From NCBI GenBank assembly GCA_012295275.1, contig CM022679.1, forward strand, positions 11,532,001 through 11,596,000: a stretch of DNA of 64,000 bases, in the 5' to 3' direction. The stretch comes from Chrysomallon squamiferum (lineage: Eukaryota; Animalia; Mollusca). The position numbers were made by a program, and so were the translations under genes. The notes below the pieces were generated by a model, which did not search any database, had not been told where the DNA came from, and saw nothing but the letters and a program-made list of their open reading frames with translations. Shown piece after piece: positions 53,816 through 64,000 of the stretch (position 1 is its first letter; each line of letters starts with the position of its first letter).

Positions 53816-56800
53816 ATGTCTGATTACGAAAGTGATGATGATATGCTTATCTTTCCCATCACTGACCTCACTGGTTATGAAGGTCAGTCGGAAAGAGAGG
53901 AGAGTGAAGATGATTTTGGAGGAGGTGGGGTGAGCAGCTTAGACAAGCCTAAGGCTTTTATGACCCTTAGACAACGTCGTCTGTCAAAATCAGCACCTCC
54001 CCTGAAGCCACTGAATGTAAACAAGCGGCACTGGCTTTCTGCAATAAAAAAGGCAAAATGTTTGCAGGATCCATGGGATAAATTCCACATTGAAGATCTT
54101 GAAACTGAAATTTGTCTTAGGTATCGATACAGTGCACTGAAACAAACTTGGACCACAGATCAGTGTAAAGTAAAGATAGAAAAAGAAGTAAGTTGTATTA
54201 TTTTTATTTTTATCTTAATGCTAATTAATTTTTTTTATTTTTTTTAAGTGTTTAATTTTGAGATAAATTGTAAATATTTTACCTATTATAAATTTTTATT
54301 TTCATTATAAAATAAGTCATACTTACCAGAACTGAAAAGCTTGTGGAAAATATTTTCAGATATGCCAAGATGCTTTAAACTTTTATTTGTTCATATCTTA
54401 GGAAAGATATACAGTGTCATCCTTGATTGTGAAGAATTGACAATGTTAATCTGCATAATTATTTTAAAAGCATCTATTTATTAATATTTTGCTTCTGTTT
54501 TTATCATGTCATTAAAATGTTTGCCTTTTTGTTTGATTGTAACAGAATATACCAAAACTTTAAAAGCAAAAAAATAATAATTTGTAACTCTCTAAAATAA
54601 CAAAATGTGAATGTCACATAATCCATACAGATATAGATGAGTCAGACTCTTGATCAGCATTTCCTGGAAACTTGAGCAAATAAATGTATTTAGTGGGATA
54701 GGCTCTAAGTTCACTATAAATTAAAAGATATAAATTTAAAAAAAAATAAAATAACTGCAGTGAAGTCAAAACACATGATTAACTGTTGATTAATTTTCAT
54801 GATTTCACAGTCACGAGATACTGAATGTGTAAAATGTTTTCAAAACCTGACTAATCATGACATTAATTTTTTTTAAAAATAAATGCTTGTTTTAAGGATA
54901 AAATGTTTTTCTTTTAATGTTTTTCTAATTTTCTGGAAAGAATTAGAAAAATATGTGCTATTGATATTTTTCTATTCAATTGTAATAATGAAGACCACTA
55001 AATTTGATCTGAAGTTTTAAAACCAAAATTTCAGATTAAACTTTTTATTTTTGTTTATTGATATTTTACACAAATTGACATACATTCATACATATAACAT
55101 CTGTGGCTTGGTGAATCATCACATAAACATATTTACTCTTTCATTACTGACATGTGTATAGCTATCCACTGCGTATTACTCTGTTGTTAATTTTTTTTTT
55201 AAAAGCCACCAAATATCTCCCTAGAAGCTTGATATCAGAATATGCACAGATTATTTTAATAAATATCTTTTATTTATTTATTATTTTTTTATTATTTTGT
55301 TTTGTTTATTTATTTATTTATTTTGTTATTGATTTATAAATGTATATTTCTTGCAGCCATTTACAAGAGGTGCCATGAGGCAGTGTTACAGAATGTAAGT
55401 ATTTTTATTTTTACAATATGTATTGATCCTACAAGTTAAATAAGCTGTGCAAATGTAGGTTATTGGATTACAAAAGAAAGATTTTTTTCTGTGTTTGTTT
55501 TCAACAAATGATTAAAAAATGAGTAGCTTTATTTCTTTTTCTGTTTTGTTTGAGATCTTTAAGTTGGGGAATATAACTTTCAATAGATAAAGTTCAGTCT
55601 TTGTAGTCATCATCCTCTTCTGAACTTTCATCTGCTGGTTTCTCAACAGATTTGTGTGCACTCACTAACTGAACTTCCCATTCTGTCATTTTGGGATTCT
55701 CTGTTTGGATGTCGTGATCAAAATCAGCAAACTCTGCCACATTAAAATGAGACATTGTGGCCAGTATCACAAGAAGAATGTTGTCATCATATTATCATCA
55801 GAAGTGCCACAAAAGCCACAAATCATAAAACACTTTATAACTGTTGTATACTGTTTTTCCTTCCAAGCAATGTTAATTCAGTTGACAGCATCTAACATGG
55901 TGATTGCCTTGCACAATCTTCCATCCGTGAAATTAGGGACTTCATCATGTTTTTTCTTTACCTGGCTTTGAATGCCTTAATTATCCCCTTGTCTAATGAC
56001 TGTAGTAGTGATGTGGTGTAAGCTGGTAAGAATGTAACCTGAATATTATTTATATCGAGATCTTGGCCATTGAATGGTGCATTATCGATAAATAAAATAA
56101 TTTTTCATTGCCAGTGCATTTGCTGATCAAATTGTTATAACCAGTCATTAAATAGTTGTGAAGTCATCCATTCTTTTCAATTGGCTGTCTAGGTCACAGG
56201 TAGAGACTTGTTTATTTTCAGTGAGGATTTTCATATTGCATAGCTAAATCTAAGTAATTATAAGAAGTATGGCATCATCTCATTAATCAAAGAAGTGCAA
56301 TGTTTTTATTACATGCAGTTTGTCATTCTTTAAGAAGTGATTGTACTTAGAAAATTGTGTATTGTTGTTGACAACAGTAATTGCTATATATTTGTTCTTT
56401 TGTTCTGGAATTTATACACAGCATCCAGATTAGTCAAAGTTTTGTTCATAATAGATTAAAGGTTAGCGGAACGGGACTTTGAAATGGTGCACAGAAATCT
56501 GGGTTACTCAAAGGACAGTTTCTGCAAAGTGCACTGATATATATATATTAAAATATAAAAAGAAGAATATTTTGACTCCACGTTCATACAGACTATATGA
56601 AGCATTTATATGTGAGTGTGTGTGTGTGTGTGTGTGATGCTATTATTCTATTTTGTAACATTGTTTAAAAGTAAACAACAATGATTAATAAACACTAGTT
56701 TTTTTCTTTTTCAAAAATGTAAAAGCTGAGCAATGTTTTAGTAACTGTAACTAAACACCCATAATTTCATCTAGCAAATATCTGATATCAAAATACCCAG

Positions 56801-57971
56801 CAAGACTCACAGAAGTAAAAGAAATTATTAAATTTAAAAAAAAAAAAAAAAAAAATGAAACTAGCTGGAAAATGTTATTCAATTTACATTTTAATGGCAA
56901 AAAAAGACTTCCTACCTCAAACTGGGTAAATGAAGTTAGAAATGTTATAGGTTGTCACATAATACTTCAGTTATTTTGTTTTTTGAATGAGGGAAGATAT
57001 TGCTTCATAGCATAAAAACGGGCTGTGCAATTTGTCCACAATACACATGCACTAACATATTTCTTTAAAATTAATTCTATGTTTTTAAACAATACATTTT
57101 AATCAGTAACTGTGTGTGATTTATATAAATACATACATACTTACATAGATAAACTTTTAATTTATTGTTATTAGAGTGGTGGATGGGATGAACTTTTTCT
57201 TGTACTTCTATAACCTTATAAAACTTGGTTTAATTTATTTAGTATTTGTACTGTTTAAATTATTGAGAAAGATCTGTAAGGTAGTAATATACTTTAACAG
57301 TGATTATGTGCATGTGGTCAGATCGTATGTACTTCATCAGACACCTGCTGTTGTCGTGTGTAATTTTAGAATTGATAATGATATGCTCTGCTGTGGCTTT
57401 AAGTTGTTAATTATTATTGCCCACATGCAAGCTGGCACACCTACTTGTTTTTAAGGAAGAAAGAAAAAGTTAACCAAAATAATTCTTTTCTCCATCTGTG
57501 GCTAGACCTTCTAGGTGAGTGGCCTGGGGTCACGGTTGTTTATCTGGGACACTTAAACCAAAACAGACAAAATTTGAGCAAGCAAGCAAGTTAGTGCTTA
57601 GCCAGCTGATAGTACGTGCCTGTTTGTAAACTTACGGGTCACATGACCTACACAATGTCACCTATTTTTTGGAAGATTATCATGTGTGTTCCGACAGCTG
57701 TGATGTCAGCAGGTGTATTGTCACCCTTATAAATAGTTCTGTCTGTTTGCATGATTTATGTGTACTAGTTGGCTTGTTTATTTGGGTTATGGTACTTAGT
57801 CATATACACTAATGTGGTTTATTGATCAATAGATCATACATAACTAAATATAGAATTTAACTTACGTTTATTGCTTTCCAAGACATCATAAAACAACATA
57901 AATAAATAAAAATGTTTACTTGTATAAAGCTAACTTTACAACTGAAAGAAATAAGGAATTAGTTTTTGACT

Positions 57972-58014
<43 letters not shown>

Positions 58015-61000
58015 TAAATTATTAATTTTGTCAATCATTTTTTAATGTTATCCAAAAAGTCCATTTAATGCCTTTGATAGCTTTGATATTTATTTATCTA
58101 TTATTTAAAAAAAAAAATTCACAACAATCATTACATCTGTATATTCTGATAATTATAATTACAAGAAGTATGTTTATTAAGCCTTCAAAGAAGCAAGACC
58201 ATTTCATCTCACACGGTTGTCTAATTCCATATAAACTGCCAGCATTGTTTAAGAAGTTATCATACTTGCAAAATTGTGTTATTTGTTGATGATGTTAATT
58301 ACTGTATAAACTGTTCCTTTATTCTGGAATTTACACCCAATATCCAAAATAGACAGAACCAGATTAGTTTTGTTCATAAAAGATTAACAATAGCTGGACA
58401 GGGTTTTGAAATGGTGCCATTTTACACAGAAATCAGAAAGAATCCAATGTGTGTGTGCACACACACACACATAACACACACACACACCCTTTTTATTGTA
58501 TTAATTTTAAATACAGAATAAACCAGTAAACTTCAAAACATTTAATTTAACCTATTTGATTTTGAGCTTAGCTCTTAAATATTGTATTTTTTAGTGTATA
58601 TGCTTCAAATTTAAATAATATATGCATGTAAGCATAAAATACTAGACTTGTACATTTCAGTTTTCTGTGATGTAATAATTTGTTTTTCTTCCTAATTTAT
58701 TTAAGGGTGAACAGTTAATTTGTTGTTTTATGTTACCAGTATCTATTCCCAATAATAAATGAAAAATTTAATTTTTTTGTTTGTATGGTCACTTGTTCTT
58801 GTTCAAATTTGTATAAAGGTATCAGTTAACAGAAAAGAAATAAATCTTATTAACTTGGTTAATGGAACACTTTACACATCTACAGTGAGTTAAAATTATT
58901 GCTAATTTGGGACACTAATCTGTTTGTTTTGACTGTGACTGATAAAGTGGTCTTATCTGTTAATATGTTGTAAGAAGCATAGCTAATAATCATTAAAAAA
59001 AATCTCATATTTATTACGTGATAAAGATAAGCAAAACATTTACTTCAAAATAGAATAATACATACTATTCAAGAAAACTATTGTCCTTTAAATTTTTTTT
59101 TTTTTTTTATAAATAAATAAATTAATGATATTGAAAAGAAATGAGTCTTTCTTAAGAATCTATATATTTTTGCCATACTGTTTAGTTATTAGTTTTTTTA
59201 CAGTAATAGTAGCAAAGCTTGAAATAAATAAAATAATACATCTGTGTTTTCTTTTATAGCAAGAAAGTAGGCTGTTGAGTTTTTTTGGAGAAAGAGGGTG
59301 TTTATATTTTTCGTGGATTTAGAAATTACATAATATGATATATGATAATTCAACCAGAACTATTATGTTACAGTGTCTCCTTTTTTCAAACCAAAATGTA
59401 TTTTTATCACTGCTTAAGCACTCTTAAATAATTATATGTGAGTTCAACATACTATGAGGAAGTCAAGGTAATAAATTATCAAAAAATACTAATTTCTTTA
59501 TTTTAATATATTTTATTATTATTATTTAAATATTCCATAATTCATAGAAGATCAGATGAAATAGCTAATCACTATATAGCAGTAATAATATTTTGAAATA
59601 CTTTTATTTTATAGGAAAAAGTTATCATCATTTACTGGATCAGGTGACTGGAAACATTCTGGTAATTACGTTGCTAAGTCATATATTGAGGATGTTGATA
59701 GAGAGGTATACTTTGAAGATGTTAAATTGCAGATGGATGCTAAGCTTTGGGGTGAAGAATTCAACAGGCACAATCCACCTAAAAAGGTACAAAAAGAAAA
59801 AGAAAACATACAAAGGAAACTTTATCATCTTTCCAACTCAAATCACGAAAGGGAAAAAAGTATCTGACCCTGATGTGTTAATTTATTTATAGTTGTATCA
59901 GTTTTCCATATCAGTTTCCCCAATTTTTTTTTTTAGGACAGTTGTTAAAAATATTTCCTTTTCTTTTAAACAAAATGAATTTTTTTTTTTTTTTTTTCGT
60001 TTAAGATTATTTCATCAGTAATGATACTTAAGTGAAGATGTCACATCAGTGGGTTTTTTATTATTATTATTTTAAATCTTTAATGAGATAAAAAAAATTA
60101 AAACATTTAAATTTTTTTTTTTATACAATGACTTATTCAAAAATACAATAATAAACATCATTCTTTTTTTCAAACTGATTTTAAGTGACAAACTTTTATT
60201 TTTCTTACTTATAGGTGGACATTTTCCAGATGTCTATCTTGGAATTCAAGGACAGAAAGAACAAACCTTTGTTTCATCTGGAGCACTATATTGAAGGAGA
60301 TTACATTAAATACAACTCTAATTCAGGCTTTGTTGAGGAGACTTTAAGACTAACACCACAGGTAGACAGAATACTGGAAAACATCAGTATAGTTTGGCTT
60401 ATTATTTCCTTTATAATTTAAACAAAACAGTGCCTCTGTTTCTCTATACAAAATGTATGTAAATATTGTGCAGATATTGGTGATAATGCTGATATGTCAT
60501 TAGTCAACATAATGTTGGATTAAATTGTTCATAAAATATATTTGTTTAATGTTCACTAAAGGAGTTGATATATTTTTTTATTATTTTTTTTAAACTGAAT
60601 TAGGCTTTCAGTCATTTCACCTTTGAGCGTTCTGGTCACCAGCTGATTGTGGTTGACATCCAAGGAGTGGGAGACCTGTACACCGATCCACAAATCCACA
60701 CAGTCAATGGGACAGATTATGGTGATGGCAACCTGGGAGAGAAGGGCATGGCATTGTTCTTTCACTCTCATTGCTGCAACAGTATTTGTGAAAAACTTGG
60801 TCTATCAGCATTTGACCTCTCACCAAATGAAATAGAAACACGTAAAGATTTCCTTGCCAAGCAGGTTTGTTTTTTTAATTTTTATTTGTTTTTACTTAGC
60901 TTTAAACTTTAAAAAAAAAATGCATTTAATTATCTAGTAATGTTTTTGTTAGTTACTGATATAAATACTTTAAAAGAAGAAAACAGTCTTAACATTTAAG

Positions 61001-63631
61001 AGGTAAAAATAATTTTGCCATTGTAGCTCTATATGAAAAAAAAACTAAATAAAAATTACACTTAAAAAACAAATAGTTAAATATTTCAGAGGAAATATGC
61101 TTGCACCCAAGTTCGTGGAAATGAAGAACTGTGCATGAGTGTGTCACCACGGGAGACTGTCGACATAACACATCTGCTGAATCGCCGCAAACATTCATCG
61201 GGCTCACCCAGCAGTCGCAGCAGCTATGGATCGCCAACGACATCAAGCCCTGGAGCTGATGATGAACCCATGTCTATTGATAGCCCAGTTGGTCGAGTGA
61301 GAATTCGCTACATAAGTGAATCAGACAGCATGTCTATGACAGAGGTAAAGAAGGTTTTGATTTTAGCATAATAATTTCTCAGATGTATTGTTTGCATTTT
61401 GTTAGAAAGAAATGTTAAAATGTTGCTATTGGTCTGTGAAAGTTTTAATGTTGTTTACAGAAAATGTTTAAAAAAAATTATAATAGAATGAAGTTATAAT
61501 TTATTTATAATAGCAATTACTTTTCTTTTTTTCTTTTTCATATGATGATAAAGTTTCCATATGCTGTTGATACTGGTGTTCTAATATGAAAATACTGATT
61601 ACTGTATAAGTTGGTAAAACAATGTACTATGTTTTTATAGGAAGAGGACAGAATAGCATTTTCAAAGGCCCAAGCAAAACTTGCACGACCTGCAAGTGTG
61701 TCCCAGGAGCTGGATAGACGCAGACTAGATGATCTGAAAATTGGAGATTCTGTTCTTGGGAAGGTAATCATAATATTAATGTCCCTGAAAAATATACGAT
61801 GTACTTTTGATATAATATAGTATATCAGAGCATTAGGAAGTAAATATAAGATAAATATTTCAAATTTGGTAATTAAAATGTACACCTAAAATTGCTATAA
61901 AAAGCAAACATACCCAGCCATTTATATTTCATGTTATTGCATATATTACGAATTGATAAAACTTTTTATCATTAGTATTGATATATATATATGTCTTTAA
62001 TTATTTTCATTTACTAATTTTCTTGTTTACCCTTAATTTATTTATGTATTTTGTCAAATATTGTTTTCAGATTCACCATGAAATGGCAAAGTATCATGAT
62101 CTGGGACGTTTCAGTGTCAATGAGAATGATATTGACTGGGACTCTGCTCTGTACCATGAAGAACATGCTGCACAGCTTGGGGTGCTGGAAGCCATCTTGA
62201 CAATGGCTCGCATTTACCTCAACCTACAGAGAGATGTTCTTAGCAGCTGCACTGTAGAGGTAATTAGCTTGCTTTGTCTTTATGGCCTTCAAATGTTGAA
62301 TTATGATCATAATATCATGGACAATATTTGTATCAGAGGACTTTTTGGAAAGAATGTATCACATGATACGTATGTCAAAAACTGACTTCCAGATCTTATT
62401 GATTAAAAGTCTAGTGACAGTAGCTAACATAGTTGTATTCCTAATTAGATTGGGATCTTATTGCTGTAAATGCTTCATTTCATTTCTTAGATGGTTAGTT
62501 TATTGGTAATGATAATTTTTATCAGTTTATTTTTAATTAACAGGGTATACTAATGTAGTTTTATTTTCCTTTCTGAAGTAAAGAAAGAACTAGTTTATAA
62601 TTATAGTCATTTTAAAAGTAACAGTTGTTTATAAAATGTTTACACAATTAAGAGAAAAATATGAAAACTTAGGTATGGAAACATAATTTATATTGTTACT
62701 GGTTATAGACAACAACTGAGAACATTGACAGAGGTATTGATTACATGATAGAGGCTGCTGATGCTGGAGATCGTGGTGCAATGCTTTATTTAGCCAGAGC
62801 CTTTGAATATGGAGAAAATCTGGGAAGCAAGAGGTACGTGTAACTTTAAAATAATCAGAACTTATCAGCATTAAGGACAGCTTCATGTTAAACAGATACA
62901 AGATATAGATGACAAAAACTTAATTAAAAATAAAAGAAATACTTGCTTGGTCTTGTATCATAATTTAAAATGTAATAAAATTTGTTTTTATTGTTTTGCA
63001 TTTTAGAAGTATTTCCTGGTTAGATGCTTATCACTGGTATGAACGAGCCATTGAAACTAATGAGCATGATGAAGGAGGGGAGTATGATTCAACAATGGAG
63101 GATCCAACATGTACCCTGCAGGCCAAATTAGCTGAACTTACACTAAAGGGTGGCCATGGTCTTGATAGAGATCCAATGAAAGCAGGTTAGAAGTGTTCTC
63201 ATTTATTTATTTATTTTGAAGAATAAAAAATAAACATACTCTCTGCAAAAATTTGTTATTTCAAACTATGCATTATTTGTTGATGATATGTATTAAATGT
63301 TGCTTTAATGCAGCTAAAAGTTGATAGAGGATTTTTACAACATCAGTGATGATCTAATATCTGATAAAACAGTTTCAAATTTCATCATTAAACTGATAAA
63401 ATAACAAACGAGTGTTACCTGTTTTCAGGAGATCTGTATACCAAAGCTGCAGAATTGGCAACAGCAGCTATGAAGGGTCGACTGGCAAACAAATACTATA
63501 TGCTCGCTGAAGAAGCTTGGGCTGAAGTGGATGAAGAAGAAAGATGGAGAGAAGGATGGAGAGCTGGAAGGATAATCTGTGAGGATCAGCATCAACATAA
63601 TTACAACAGACATTATAGGAATTTGTATTGA
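53816..63631 (+). CDS. EEF2K: Eukaryotic elongation factor 2 kinase (Ca2+/calmodulin-dependent alpha-kinase), 687 aa as read
   Basis: Exons 53816-54187, 55357-55394, 59615-59786, 60215-60361, 60604-60864, 61090-61344, 61641-61763, 62071-62259, 62709-62833, 63007-63185 and 63429-63631 (2064 nt, GT-AG, in phase). CaM site HWLSAIKKAK..DPW, RGAMRQCYR, NYVAKSY, EHYIEGDYIKYNSNSG, PQAFSHFTFE, VDIQGVGDLYTDPQIH, GDGNLG, HCCNSIC, TQVRGNEE (T348-like), C-terminal AMKGRLANKYYMLAEEAW. Confidence 0.96.
56262..58435. repeat. Diverged ~250-bp direct repeat pair in the large eEF2K intron (~56262-56500 and ~58163-58435)
   Basis: Shared blocks: aagaagtatg, tttaagaagt..t..tactt..aaaattgtgt, ttctggaattta.ac.ca..atcca, gttttgttcataa.agattaa, tttgaaatggtgc, cacagaaatc. 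Confidence 0.75.
57506..57514 (+). CDS. EEF2K: Candidate 9-nt alternative microexon of eEF2K
   Basis: ttcttttctccatctgtggctag|ACCTTCTAG|gtgagt. Frame-preserving in a phase-2 intron, with no stop when spliced. Confidence 0.5.
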   Translation, partial: TF

Positions 63632-64000
63632 TAATGAAACAGAATTTTGTGAAAGCATCAGTATTTTTGGTTTTATTATTATTTTATTTTCATGTAACTT
63701 AGACTGACATGATAAGTTTTTCAATAGAAAGCAAGAATGATTTAAAGGAAGAAATATGGTAGGAAGACTGAGTTAATGCACTGAGAGCCTTTGTAAAACC
63801 AAAACAATTACTGTATGAAGTCATTTTACAGAACCAAAGATTTTTGAAGAAAATGTTGAAACTGTGAATATGAAGAAAATGTGTAGACTAATCTTTAAGT
63901 TTTGTGAAAGAAGACTGGAGATTAAATTCATGGGCATGAGTTGCCAAGTCCTGAAATCGTTTCATTGTTGTGGATTTCATCATGAGGATAAAGACTGAAT

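Noticed and set aside
56006-56024. Second small exon-like segment in the large eEF2K intron (tag|...CTG|gtaaga)
   Set aside because: Not frame-preserving, contains a stop and has a weak pyrimidine tract; no independent support.
63342-63397. Intronic hairpin with GTGATGA/CTGA boxes
   Set aside because: Only 56 nt, too close to the 3' splice site and no guide element; probably chance.

Overview
AT-rich, intron-rich animal genomic DNA with abundant microsatellites and mosaic CpG depletion. It looks like an invertebrate, plausibly a mollusc or other lophotrochozoan; the taxon is inferred, not proven. Three genes can be rebuilt exon by exon with GT-AG, phase-consistent introns. MINPP1 is on the minus strand (4 exons, 467 aa, RHGARFP/HAET motifs, C-terminal KDEL). 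It lies head-to-head with a bifunctional PAPS synthase on the plus strand (11 core exons plus three candidate alternative first exons). eEF2 kinase is on the plus strand (11 coding exons, alpha-kinase domain plus SEL1-like C-terminus). The CpG-richer first 18 kb looks empty in the ORF track but appears to hide a small spliced gene (7246-13074, +). It would encode a probably secreted protein with an acidic Ser-Gly-Ser-Gly glycosaminoglycan-attachment motif and a single fibulin-like anaphylatoxin (ANATO) cysteine framework interrupted by a basic, cleavable insert; this is the best candidate for something undescribed. Other leads are a 9-nt in-frame microexon candidate in the eEF2K kinase domain, MINPP1-PAPSS microsynteny shared with vertebrates, a FOXO-site cluster and uORFs at eEF2K, and a CRE-driven minus-strand gene running off the left edge.
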